Source: a virus. From it: DNA of 64,000 bases. The translations under genes and the position numbers were made by a program. This document shows, piece after piece, positions 39,611-48,660 of this stretch (positions are counted from its first letter, which is position 1; the number at the start of each line of letters is the position of its first letter). The stretch is taken from the IMG/VR virus record IMGVR_UViG_3300010412_000019, positions 5,521 to 69,520 of that record; one strand, 5' to 3'. The notes beneath the pieces were generated by a model. The model searched no databases. It saw only the letters and a list, made by a program, of their open reading frames with translations, and had not been told where the DNA came from.

Positions 39611-40732
39611 TTATACAAATTCAATACGGTTCTCTGACGTTTTCAAATAGTCAACGATATTTTGACCCATTAGATCGTAACCGTATTTGTTTAGAAATCT
39701 ACCTCTGACAATCAATTGCTCATCTTTCAAATTGTTCTTTTTGATGACGCTATCAATGTCACTTATCATCCACAACCCGGCGCAACTAATGTTACCACCG
39801 AATGCTTCATTTTCAACTTTCAGCACAACGTTTTCAACGTAGTGTTTTTCACCAGCCTCTAGTATTTTAGGCTTTATCCTATCATAAGCCGACGATGAAG
39901 TCAGCCAGAAGATTCGCTTTTGATCTTTGTATTTCTCTGTCAGTTGATCAATCTTGTCAAAGTCATATTCAAGTGGCTTATCAGGACGCTCCGTATAATT
40001 AACGGTCATCTGATATTTCTTGCTCATTGCTTCTGCAAATGCAGCCATTTCAACTGGGTTAACATACAGTTCTTTGACGACCTCTGGTTTAGTGTATCTT
40101 GTCCAGCTTGCATGTGTCATGCCAAGAAAATCAAAACCAAGTTTCTTTGATGCTCTAACTGATCGTTCAAGATCATCATATCCAACCAAGGCTGGCATTG
40201 CAATCATTCGAAGACCCACTTTGATACCATGTTTCATCAACAATGGTATTGATTTCATGGCTGTGTCGTAGTGCTTATCTTTCAGCTTGAAGATGTACTT
40301 CCAATACTCTCGGTCGAATGAGTGTATTGATATGGGCATCTTGACTGGCTTGAAATCAGCCAACCTGACAATCTTTTCTTCTGTACACAACGACCCGTTT
40401 GTTGCAATCGTCAGGATGTTCTTTGGGTACTTTGCGCGAATGACGCTCAATATGTCAAACACCTTTGGGTGCGTGAATACTTCACCTTCGCTTAGTTTGC
40501 CCGTGATAGCTTCGTTCAGTAGAAACTCGCCGGGGTAATTCGGGTTCATCGCCCAGATGACTTTTTCAATCTCTTCAACTGGTCGGTGTCTTGTTCGATG
40601 AACCTCAAATGGGTTCGTGTGATTCGAACAGAAAAGGCACTGAGCGTTACATGCCGATGTAATAGGGAGAACACCCGGCGCGTTACCAGACTCTAGGTGT
40701 TCAAAGAAGTAATCGGAAAATTCGCGTAACAT
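39611..40732 (-). CDS. radical SAM protein with DUF512-like C-terminus
   Basis: CNAQCLFC; VEN..FGGNI.CAGL....D; TATAAATA at 40737-40744. Confidence 0.85.
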   Translation of the reverse strand: MLREFSDYFFEHLESGNAPGVLPITSACNAQCLFCSNHTNPFEVHRTRHRPVEEIEKVIWAMNPNYPGEFLLNEAITGKLSEGEVFTHPKVFDILSVIRAKYPKNILTIATNGSLCTEEKIVRLADFKPVKMPISIHSFDREYWKYIFKLKDKHYDTAMKSIPLLMKHGIKVGLRMIAMPALVGYDDLERSVRASKKLGFDFLGMTHASWTRYTKPEVVKELYVNPVEMAAFAEAMSKKYQMTVNYTERPDKPLEYDFDKIDQLTEKYKDQKRIFWLTSSSAYDRIKPKILEAGEKHYVENVVLKVENEAFGGNISCAGLWMISDIDSVIKKNNLKDEQLIVRGRFLNKYGYDLMGQNIVDYLKTSENRIEFV

Positions 40733-40746
40733 GCCTTATTTATATC

Positions 40747-40820
40747 TGGAGCGGGTAGGGAGAATCGAACTCCACTCTCTACAGCTTGGAAGGCTGAGGA
40801 CATACCTCATGCTTACCCGC
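40747..40820 (-). tRNA. tRNA-Gly(UCC)
   Basis: Loop CT-TCC-AA, U73, CCA. Confidence 0.88.
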
Positions 40821-41130
40821 TAAATTTTTCGATGAAATCCTTGTAATCGATACGATTAACAACATCACCAAATTTTTCTTTCAACTGACTATAGATTCCA
40901 GCATTGTTCATTCGCAACGTTTCTGAATCCTTGCGGCAACGATACACGCTACCCGATTCGCCGATGAAGTCATAATAGTCATCACCTTCTTCGACTTTAT
41001 CAATCCCCGAATTCATTCTCCAAGAATCGCCGTCTAGGTAACCCCCAGACCATCCAGCAAGGATTTTGTAAAACGTATCTTCACCCTCTGGTGAGATTTC
41101 AAGAATAACCCAATTATCTGGTGTGTACAT
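40813..41130 (-). CDS. conserved phage hypothetical protein
   Basis: YTPDNWV...YK.LAGWSGGYLDGDSWRMNSGI...SGSVY.C.K. Confidence 0.8.
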   Translation of the reverse strand: MYTPDNWVILEISPEGEDTFYKILAGWSGGYLDGDSWRMNSGIDKVEEGDDYYDFIGESGSVYRCRKDSETLRMNNAGIYSQLKEKFGDVVNRIDYKDFIEKFSG

Positions 41131-41148
41131 AATGTAGTTCCTAAAATC

Positions 41149-41225
41149 TGGTAGGACGCGAGGGATTCGAACCCACTATCGACTGGTTAAAAGCCAGTTG
41201 CTTATGCCTATTAAGCTTCCGTCCT
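41149..41225 (-). tRNA. tRNA-Lys(UUU)
   Basis: Loop CT-TTT-AA, CCA. Confidence 0.88.
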
Positions 41226-42011
41226 ATGTTCATAAATTTCTGTAATTTCTGGTCGATTCTTCTCAGCAATCTTCTTCAAGATATCAACTGGGATTTTATT
41301 CACATCATGACTGTGAAAGTGAATCTTCTTCTCTTCTATCAGCCGTTCAACGTATGCAATTTCTCTTGCTGAATGAATTTGACTTGCAGCCCCATTAAGA
41401 CTGGATACAGGGACGTGCCAGCTATACGAAACCTTATCATCAATCCCTTGCTTAAACTTGAAGCCCATTTGCTGAAAATCGAAACCAATCAAATGAACCT
41501 CGGCTTGTGTTTTAATTCTGTTTAGAAACCAATCAAGACAATACACGCCTTGAGATACACGATTGGTTCTGTTGATGTGTTCCCTACCACCATTAATTCG
41601 GGAAAGTGAATTCATCATACCACCAATATGCTCTGTCAAAAAGTAGTCTCGGTAGACTTGAAATCTATCGGACATCATCACTTTTCGAAAAGCTACATCC
41701 CTTGAGTCTGAATACAATCCTAATTGAATGTACCCAAATGCTTTGAATTTCACATGTTCAAAGTCTCTAAAGTTTCCGGTTCTCAGAACACCGAAGAACC
41801 ACATATCTGTTTTTCTGCCAATGTACCTTACAAGATCGTCTGTCGGAACACCTTTGCCAAATCTAACAACAAAGTCAAATGAATCGATAAACTCACCATT
41901 CTCTTCATTCAGAATCCCCGGAGAGTTACCAACAAGAATTACTTTCTTGCCAGCGACGGCTTTCTTTAACCGATTTAACCAGATTCCATTGGCGTGATCA
42001 TTATACATCAA
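41211..42011 (-). CDS. glycosyltransferase family 29-like (sialyltransferase fold)
   Basis: VILVGNS..IL....G..IDS.D.VVRF...G.KTD; L.GFDF; H....E. Confidence 0.75.
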   Translation of the reverse strand: MMYNDHANGIWLNRLKKAVAGKKVILVGNSPGILNEENGEFIDSFDFVVRFGKGVPTDDLVRYIGRKTDMWFFGVLRTGNFRDFEHVKFKAFGYIQLGLYSDSRDVAFRKVMMSDRFQVYRDYFLTEHIGGMMNSLSRINGGREHINRTNRVSQGVYCLDWFLNRIKTQAEVHLIGFDFQQMGFKFKQGIDDKVSYSWHVPVSSLNGAASQIHSAREIAYVERLIEEKKIHFHSHDVNKIPVDILKKIAEKNRPEITEIYEHRTEA

Positions 42012-42687
42012 AAGTCCCCATTTTCATTCTGTCAACAATGGTCTTCTGCGTGTATTCTTCATACAAGTAGATGAAGTTGCTCCAACGTTTTGTTATTTTT
42101 TCATGCCAGTATTCAACGGGCTTTACAGAACAATGGAAGTTCTCACCATCCGAAAAAGACCTCAACGCTTCTTGACCAGATATCGTAAACAAAACAAGAC
42201 TGTTGTCATCTGTGTATTTCTTGATATCATCAAGCACGTAATCAATTGAGTCTTCTGGAACATGCTCTAAAACATCACAGCAAGTAACAATATCAAATTT
42301 GATATCAGGTGGCTTCTTACTGAAAGGCGGGTATGCCGGGTCGTAACACCAATAGCATTGAATGTACCCACGCATATACCCATAAAAGTCTGTTCTTTCG
42401 GTGATAAATGTTTTTTCTTGATTGGCCTTACCTCTTCGATACAGATGCGCTCCGGCACCAGAACCATAATCAAGAATTGTCACGCCGCGCTTCAAAACAA
42501 CATGTGTGTAGTATTTGATTGCAGGGGCAAATGTGGTAAACGTGTGAAACCCAGTAAAAGGCGTATCGATTATTGATCGGCCAGCTATGGTCGAAATTTC
42601 TTTCGTGTCATACCTGTCTTCATGTAGGTATGCATCTGAACCATCATGTATTTTCTTGTACTTGTCAATATACTTTTGAAGGTTCAT
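42001..42687 (-). CDS. class I SAM-dependent methyltransferase
   Basis: ILDYGSG, YDPA, FD.V.C.DVLEHVPE, DGENFH motifs. Confidence 0.85.
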   Translation of the reverse strand: MNLQKYIDKYKKIHDGSDAYLHEDRYDTKEISTIAGRSIIDTPFTGFHTFTTFAPAIKYYTHVVLKRGVTILDYGSGAGAHLYRRGKANQEKTFITERTDFYGYMRGYIQCYWCYDPAYPPFSKKPPDIKFDIVTCCDVLEHVPEDSIDYVLDDIKKYTDDNSLVLFTISGQEALRSFSDGENFHCSVKPVEYWHEKITKRWSNFIYLYEEYTQKTIVDRMKMGTFDV

Positions 42688-42799
42688 AATAATTCAATCG
42701 GGGGTGTTTGGTTGATTCTAGTTTGCATAAATGTTCACCTCAGGCTACTTATTTATGTAACAATTCGTCGGTCCACTTTCGCCTTTCGGTACCCCCGAA

Positions 42800-43060
42800 A
42801 ACCGTTGACCTGTCTTTCTGCATTGGGCGGGGTCTAATACCCCTAATTAATCACCATTCAGACCTATTCTCTGCCGAGAGGAATCGAACCTCTTTCTCCG
42901 CATTCTAAGTGCGGTGTGTTAGCCAGTACACTACAGGCAACTAAGCTTGAATGTAGACCAATGGTCTTCGAAAAACTCAGTTTGACTCTCCGGGTCAATA
43001 CGGTCATCGCATATCTCCCACCTCACTAGGTGGACGCATTCCTTATGCTATAACCCATCA
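42800..43060 (-). ncRNA. unassigned multi-helix RNA enclosing a tRNA-like domain
   Basis: Nested helices 42801-10/42993-43004, 42821-26/42958-63 and 42855-60/42948-53 around a cloverleaf at 42872-42939. Confidence 0.55.
42872..42939 (-). tRNA. embedded tRNA-like domain, anticodon UAG, short variable loop, no CCA
   Basis: ccgca-CTTAGAA-tgcgg; GGTTCGATTCC T-arm. Confidence 0.65.
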
Positions 43061-43202
43061 ACAAGTCACATATAAATCATATCTATTAAATATTAAGCAT
43101 CTATAAAATTAAATAATAACTATCATCTAACCATATTCTAAATTGAACATTTTAGTTTCCTTAGTCATTACTATCATTATCTCTACATTATAAGAGATAA
43201 TC

Positions 43203-43275
43203 TGGAGCGGGGGACAGGACTTGCACCTGTGCTTGCTGGTGGGCACCAGCCGTGCTGCTACTACACTACCCCTGC
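43203..43275 (-). tRNA. tRNA-Gly-like with 6-nt anticodon loop
   Basis: gctgg-TGCCCA-ccagc, U73, CCA. Confidence 0.7.
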
Positions 43276-43279
43276 ATTC

Positions 43280-43356
43280 TGGAGCGACCACCGAGATTCG
43301 AACTCGGACCTCAACGTTGGCAACGTCATGTACTAACCGTTAAATACTATGGTCGC
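43280..43356 (-). tRNA. tRNA-Gly(GCC)
   Basis: Loop TT-GCC-AA, CCA. Confidence 0.9.
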
Positions 43357-43362
43357 AAAATT

Positions 43363-43438
43363 TGGTGGAAAGTAATGGATTCGAACCACTGACACATCGG
43401 GCTTCAACCGATTGCTCTACCGCTGGAGCTAACTTTCC
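43363..43438 (-). tRNA. tRNA-Phe(GAA)
   Basis: Loop TT-GAA-GC, CCA. Confidence 0.9.
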
Positions 43439-43445
43439 AAAAATC

Positions 43446-43519
43446 TGGCAGACCAACTAGGATTCGAACCCAGAACAAACGGGTTGGAGCCGTTTATGTT
43501 ACCGTTACACCATTGATCT
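43446..43519 (-). tRNA. tRNA-Trp(CCA)
   Basis: Loop CT-CCA-AC, CCA end. Confidence 0.9.
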
Positions 43520-43520
43520 G

Positions 43521-43724
43521 TTATTCTATGATTGGCATGGGCACACTGGCCTGCATGTACCAATCTGGAGCTGTCGGCTCCGTATTCTTTGCATTGAAGT
43601 CATCTGAAAACTTCTTTGCCTTGTCGTAATCATCAACTTCGAAGCGTTCAACGAAATCGACTCTGCGACCCCATCCACGCTCAAACTCCCATACGACAAC
43701 TTTCCAACCTTTGAATCCCGACAT
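43521..43724 (-). CDS. hypothetical protein with its own sigma70 promoter
   Basis: AAGGAG RBS; TTGACT-17-TACACT at about 43747-43775. Confidence 0.7.
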   Translation of the reverse strand: MSGFKGWKVVVWEFERGWGRRVDFVERFEVDDYDKAKKFSDDFNAKNTEPTAPDWYMQASVPMPIIE

Positions 43725-43780
43725 AACTTTCTCCTTCTGGAGTATCAGTGTACATCACTTTATATCAAGAGTCAACAATT

Positions 43781-43857
43781 TGGTGGACCGTGAGAGAATC
43801 GAACTCTACAAGACAGTTTCCTTGCAAGGGAGACCCGCTGACCCACAGCTACAGCCC
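43781..43857 (-). tRNA. tRNA-Ala(UGC)
   Basis: Loop CT-TGC-AA, G3:U70, CCA. Confidence 0.85.
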
Positions 43858-44469
43858 ATATGTAAATTTTGTTTGTCTTCTCACACCATTCTCTTGTCTG
43901 GTGTATACAAAGATCAAATTTTCAAATCTAGGTCGAAGAATGTTCTTCCATTCATTACTGGTTTTTAGTGTACAGTGAAAGTTTTCACCGTCGGAGAACG
44001 ATTGGTATGAAGGTTCCCCGCATGTACTCACACCTAAAAAACCAGAATCAGATACAAAACTTCTGATATCATCAAGCACAAAATTTAGTGCTTCTTCGGG
44101 TATATGCTCAACAACATCGGCACAGATTACGAAATCATATTGACCCGTTGGCCGAACATCAAACCCCGGTAATGCTGGGTCATATGAACACCAGCTTCGT
44201 ATATTCATAGGGTGCGTGAAAAAGTGCCTATATGTTGCCAGTGGTTGACCGCAGCCATAGTCAAGTATGGAAATAGGTCTGCCTAGTTTCTCCGATACTC
44301 TAAGAATATCACCGCGAAATTTTGACCAACCCTGCCAGCCTGACATTGAATTTTGTTTGCCTTTGATGACATAAGCCTTATCAAGCTTAACGGGTGCAGA
44401 CCTTTTGTAGAAGTCTTCCGCCGTGTGTATCTTGCGATACTTTTCAATGTACTCTTCTAGCTTACTCAT
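43849..44469 (-). CDS. class I SAM-dependent methyltransferase (paralog 2)
   Basis: ILDYGCG, SYDPA, CADVVEHIPE, DGENFH motifs. Confidence 0.85.
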   Translation of the reverse strand: MSKLEEYIEKYRKIHTAEDFYKRSAPVKLDKAYVIKGKQNSMSGWQGWSKFRGDILRVSEKLGRPISILDYGCGQPLATYRHFFTHPMNIRSWCSYDPALPGFDVRPTGQYDFVICADVVEHIPEEALNFVLDDIRSFVSDSGFLGVSTCGEPSYQSFSDGENFHCTLKTSNEWKNILRPRFENLIFVYTRQENGVRRQTKFTYGL

Positions 44470-45104
44470 TTGAAGAAAGGACCATACAACGCCCGCACTT
44501 CTCGTTTTCTCCCAGTACCATCATCACTCTCAGACGTATAAATGAAAATGATATTCTTGAATTTTGCTGAAAGAATACTTCTCCATTCATCAAGACTTTT
44601 CATGGTGCAATGTAAATTCTCGCCATCTAGAAATGCTTTATGGGCTTTATCCCCTGTCGTTGCAATCGCAATAACACCATCGTCTTCTAGGTAGCTTCGC
44701 ATATCATCAAGCACCCATTCAAGTGCTTCTTCTGGTATATGTTCAACCACATCAGCGCAAATGATGAAATCAAATTTACCAATTGGCCTGATATCAAAAC
44801 CCGGTACGGCTGGGTCATATGAAGACCATGTTCGTATCAACATCTGGTTGGATTTGAAATACCTCCAAGTACCGAGAGGTCGACCGCAACCATAATCAAG
44901 TACTGAAATTGGGTAGCCCTTCTTTTCAGAAACAATTTTCACATATCGATTGAATTTCTTTTTACCCTGATACCCACTCATCACATCATCACCGACATTA
45001 CGCTCTTCGGGTTTTTGATCTTTATATGGGTAAAGCTGTAAGAAATTTTCTTCTTTAGTGTGAAGCTTGCGGTATTTCTCAATATATTCGTTCAGCTTAT
45101 CCAA
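44466..45104 (-). CDS. class I SAM-dependent methyltransferase (paralog 3)
   Basis: VLDYGCG, SYDPA, CADVVEHIPE, DGENLH motifs. Confidence 0.85.
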   Translation of the reverse strand: MDKLNEYIEKYRKLHTKEENFLQLYPYKDQKPEERNVGDDVMSGYQGKKKFNRYVKIVSEKKGYPISVLDYGCGRPLGTWRYFKSNQMLIRTWSSYDPAVPGFDIRPIGKFDFIICADVVEHIPEEALEWVLDDMRSYLEDDGVIAIATTGDKAHKAFLDGENLHCTMKSLDEWRSILSAKFKNIIFIYTSESDDGTGRKREVRALYGPFFK

Positions 45105-45158
45105 GTTTTATACCTCAGTTTTCCGACATAACTCAGTTTTTTCTGAGGTATATTTATG

Positions 45159-45235
45159 TGGCGGAGTATAGCGGATTCGAACCGCTCATCTCACCCGTGA
45201 CAGGGGCGAATCTTCACCTAGCAGACCCATACTCC
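45159..45235 (-). tRNA. tRNA-Asp(GUC)
   Basis: Loop CT-GTC-AC, CCA. Confidence 0.9.
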
Positions 45236-45284
45236 GAAGGCGTGTTGTTATAGCGGTTACACGCTCCGCTGTTACCAACGCATC

Positions 45285-45362
45285 TGGTAGACTAGATGGG
45301 ACTCGAACCCATATTTCTCGGCTTGAAAGGCCGGTCGCCTATTCCAATTAGCAGACTAGTCC
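45285..45362 (-). tRNA. tRNA-Glu(UUC)
   Basis: Loop CT-TTC-AA, CCA. Confidence 0.9.
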
Positions 45363-45368
45363 ATTGTT

Positions 45369-45448
45369 TGGCACGCCCGGCAAGAATCGAACTCGCATGT
45401 TTCCAATTAACCTTTCGACTGGTTCGTAGCCAGAGGGTATACGGACGT
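45369..45448 (-). tRNA. atypical tRNA-Arg(ACG) without canonical D-arm
   Basis: Loop CT-ACG-AA, T-arm and GCCA intact, 7-nt connector in place of the D-arm. Confidence 0.75.
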
Positions 45449-45530
45449 ATTGTTTGTTGCGGTGTCTCCCCTGTTATAGTACAGGCGAACTATGTTGACC
45501 TCCAGTGCCAACCAGACACCGCTGGAAAAT

Positions 45531-45610
45531 TGGCACCCCCGGAAAGATTCGAACTCTCATGCATCCATTTACCCTTTCTAGTGCTTAGAAGGCACAGGGG
45601 ATACGAGGGC
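45531..45610 (-). tRNA. atypical tRNA-Arg(UCU) without canonical D-arm
   Basis: Loop CT-TCT-AA; same architecture as 45369-45448. Confidence 0.75.
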
Positions 45611-45621
45611 ATTTAGTTTAA

Positions 45622-45711
45622 TGGCGGAGGCTGAGAGGATCGAACTCCCACAACGTTTTACCGTCATCGCCGGGTTCAAACCGGGTAAGCACGCCAGCCT
45701 TGCGAGCCTCC
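45622..45711 (-). tRNA. tRNA-Ser(UGA)
   Basis: Loop TT-TGA-AC, variable arm, GCCA. Confidence 0.9.
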
Positions 45712-45716
45712 GAAAT

Positions 45717-46358
45717 TCATTTTATTTTACGGCCTTTTCTCCAACCATCTGGGATAGGGTCGTTTTTACTAATCTTTTTTGATTCATGATTGTTTGTTAT
45801 CCACATAGTACCAAACGAACCATTATTTGCACCTAATCTTTTTGTGGCACCTTTTGCTATTTTTTGTTTAGATTCTTCTGTATGGTGCATACCCTTGAAT
45901 GTACCTTCTGGGTATTTTTCTTGCAGTTTCTTATTCCCAAGTTTTGCATTTTCCCTTATTAGAAAACGAAATTCGGGGTCATTATCATATTTCTTACGCC
46001 AAAGTTTTTGACGATCTTTAGCAGACATTAAAGAATTCAAACGTTTTTCTGTTAAAAACTTTTCTGGGTTATTATTGATATAATCAAACCCACCAAAACC
46101 GCCTTCTTTCAAATTGTAACCATTTGGGTCATTAAGGTTGACCAATTTAGCTTCCATGTAAAACATATCAGACGGGTTATTGAAAACCTCAAGAATCTCT
46201 TTCTCAAAATTTTCAACACCATATTTTTTAATGGCTCGCTTAATGAGTAAACCGCTACCCATATAACCATCATCAAGATCATAGGTCTTATGACAACCAA
46301 TATAGATTTTGCCATTGATCTTATTTACTATTTTATAAACAGTGTATTTTACATCCAT
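45717..46358 (-). mobile_element. free-standing GIY-YIG homing endonuclease (Seg-like, NUMOD3)
   Basis: VYKIVNKINGKIYIG.H, YMGSG, E, YNL..GG.GG, G.HHTEESK.KI, GW.KGR motifs; AT-rich. Confidence 0.9.
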
Positions 46359-46402
46359 ACACCTATATAGTAAAGTTCGAATCTCTCTAAGTGAGATTCA
46401 AA

Positions 46403-46479
46403 TGTCAGGATGGTAGGATTCGAACCTACGTGACTTCTGGTCCCAAACCAGACGCTTGGCCAAACTAAGCTACACCCTG
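46403..46479 (-). tRNA. tRNA-Pro(UGG), 3' end reads ACA rather than ACCA
   Basis: Loop TT-TGG-GA, canonical T-arm. Confidence 0.88.
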
Positions 46480-46650
46480 AAATTCACTTGTTCGATATTC
46501 TTCACTGTTCAGTAAAGATGAACAAAAAAATGAACAAGGCAACGATGAACGATGCCTCAACTCTTTGTACCCTTGGTACATGAGATTTAGTTTAATTTAA
46601 TGCACGTTTGTCTAGTCTAAGTAGACAAAAATGCACTAAAGTAAACTGAA

Positions 46651-47488
46651 AAGGCTGAGATTACACCCTCAACAACCCCGCTTTCGTTCCCGTACCGATC
46701 AGTTGCTACACTTCACGTTAAGAACTTATCCACCCCTCAGAGAGAGGTACGAAGTCATGGTTACCGTTTTTAAAGTCAGGCAGTAGACTTGTCACAGCAG
46801 AGATTTCAGCATTACAATTCCTGTCAACCTTGCGGGCTGTAAAGGTGCGCTAACACCACCACTCACTTTCACACTAACCAGCGTCCACCTTGCGAGTTTC
46901 TTCTGGCCCTGATTCCCTTGCGGGTCAGGGGTTAAACCATTTCTCTCTTACTGCCGAGGCGGTCTTTGCATTTTTAGTCTTTGAGGCTAAATCGGGAGTT
47001 GAACCCGAACTCTATCATCCAAATTGACATGCGCTACCATTACGCAATTTAGCAAAACCTACCTCGATGAGCCGCCTCTGTCGCTTCATGCCCTTTTGAG
47101 GCACAAAATACAACCCACCGAATGTCCTTTCACCCGCTAAGGCTACTTTGAACCGTATCTCAAGACCACGGCATCCCTACCGCAACCTATCGTACTGCGC
47201 CACAGCTTTTACCCGCTAAGGCTCTAACCGTAACACTACCCTTTGACTCTTGGTAATCGGTAAGTTTGCGTGTGTCTAGCTGGTTGCTATCCCAGCAGGT
47301 CTTCGGTCACCGTCGGCCCCCTCAGACTCTTCAACACCTCACCTTCTTACCGTAACTCACCCGGAGGTAAGTCTACTTAACGAAGTCTCGGCTTGCTTGC
47401 TTGACCATTGCTGGCGCGGGTGCGTAGGCTTCACCGCTTTCCCCACCTTTCGATGGGATTATCTTATGGAGTACAAGCACCCCATTTC
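46651..47488 (-). ncRNA. GOLLD RNA (~840 nt)
   Basis: ORF-free, hairpin-dense with many GCAA loops. Segments UCAAAGUAGCC, GGGUUGUAUUUUGU..CUCAAAAGG and 3' GUGUAAUCUCAGCC match my recollection of GOLLD. Located in a phage tRNA array with an internal tRNA. Ends approximate. Confidence 0.75.
46985..47053 (-). tRNA. tRNA-like domain (UUG anticodon, no CCA) inside GOLLD
   Basis: GCTAAAT/ATTTAGC acceptor, GCGT-AATGGTA-GCGC D-arm, tgtca-ATTTGGA-tgata, GGTTCAACTCC. Confidence 0.7.
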
Positions 47489-47775
47489 TTAAAACAAACA
47501 TGAAAATCTACAATCAGACGAAGGTAAACCCTTCAATCAGGCGAAGACTTTAATGTTTGTTCTAAGACCATCGCCGGGGGCACCCACTCTGGGGTCGCTT
47601 GAGCGTCCCGCGCACGGTGCGTTGCACATTTGCGCTGGGTGCCCCCAACAACGATTTAGAAATCCGTATTGTTAAAACAGAACCGTTAGTGTCTCGTATC
47701 CGAACTGGGTAGACATTTCGCCCGCCCGACTTTCTAACGCTTTACTCTGTTGCCTCTTCTCTCAATCAGAAGTCC

Positions 47776-47805
47776 ATCTTAATGCATTTCGCAATAGTCT
47801 GTCAA
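47776..47805 (-). promoter_or_regulatory. sigma70 promoter upstream of the small RNAs and GOLLD
   Basis: TTGACA-18-TAAGAT. Confidence 0.6.
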
Positions 47806-47824
47806 CCCCTGATCCAAACTTTTT

Positions 47825-47895
47825 TGGTACGCTCGGAAGGATTCGAACCTTCGACGGTGATCTTAGGAGGATCACCTGCATCCACTGCCAAGCGT
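47825..47895 (-). tRNA. tRNA-Arg(CCU), short D-loop
   Basis: Loop CT-CCT-AA, CCA. Confidence 0.82.
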
Positions 47896-47896
47896 G

Positions 47897-48571
47897 TCAT
47901 AAAAACTTAGGCAGATATCCAAAATTGTCAAAATCTACCTTGTACGTGGTATAGACGATTTCAGCAAACTCTGGCTTGTCTCTATACCAATCGAAGTTCA
48001 TTGAATAATACGTGTCATCAACGTCTTCGATGTAATTCATTGTAACCGGGTGCCCAATTTCACGCATCACTTTGTTCAAGTTTTCTTGGCGAACAACCCG
48101 TGTCACTCTTTTAAGCGGTATGCCCTTCAAAAAGTAAGAGCATGGCTTAGGGAAGGGAAACAAACCCCCACCCATTGGACTAGAAAGTTGAAACGAATGG
48201 TTATCAATCCTTCTAAGTCTACCAGCTTTCAAGATTAACAAGTAATCTTCAAAACTCAGGTCAAGTGGTCTTAGTTCTGAAAGCGAAGGTCTTGTACCAC
48301 CTCTTGCTTTCACTTTCTCCATTGTATCTTCGGCTAAAGAACCAATACCCATCAACTTGTTATAAAACAATCTCCACTGACTCTGTAATCGTGTGTACGG
48401 GTGTCGAACCGAAATGTACAACTTACGATCACCGAGCAAACTTGGGTCAACATTATGCCAAGTGTCACTGTTCTGTTCAAGGATATCATGTCGCCCTATC
48501 GCACCAAGAATTGTCTTAGTGCCCGTTCTGGGCGGTGTTATCCAAGCTTCATTATCACCTACCAAATGCAT
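47897..48571 (-). CDS. sulfotransferase family 2 protein
   Basis: PPRTGT.TI, VRHPYTRL.S.W, R.ENL, Y..DF.NFGY motifs. Confidence 0.75.
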   Translation of the reverse strand: MHLVGDNEAWITPPRTGTKTILGAIGRHDILEQNSDTWHNVDPSLLGDRKLYISVRHPYTRLQSQWRLFYNKLMGIGSLAEDTMEKVKARGGTRPSLSELRPLDLSFEDYLLILKAGRLRRIDNHSFQLSSPMGGGLFPFPKPCSYFLKGIPLKRVTRVVRQENLNKVMREIGHPVTMNYIEDVDDTYYSMNFDWYRDKPEFAEIVYTTYKVDFDNFGYLPKFL

Positions 48572-48585
48572 AATGTACCCATATC

Positions 48586-48660
48586 TGGTGCTCCCATCAG
48601 GATTCGAACCTGCGACTGATCACTACCAATGATCTGTTTTACCACCTAAACTATAAGAGC
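48586..48660 (-). tRNA. tRNA-Thr(GGU)
   Basis: Loop TT-GGT-AG, CCA. Confidence 0.9.

Noticed and set aside
42872-42939. Possible amber suppressor tRNA or recoded genome
   Set aside because: On the coding strand the loop is CU-UAG-AA, so the anticodon is UAG (Leu), not CUA. Core genes translate intact with the standard code and TAG is used as a stop.
45296-45616. ORFs overlapping tRNA clusters (also 30895-31137, 36949-37134, 37085-37360, 39526-39708)
   Set aside because: Explained by tRNA sequence.
46651-47488. Group I/II intron or rRNA fragment
   Set aside because: No interrupted host gene and no recognisable intron core or rRNA signature; GOLLD fits better.
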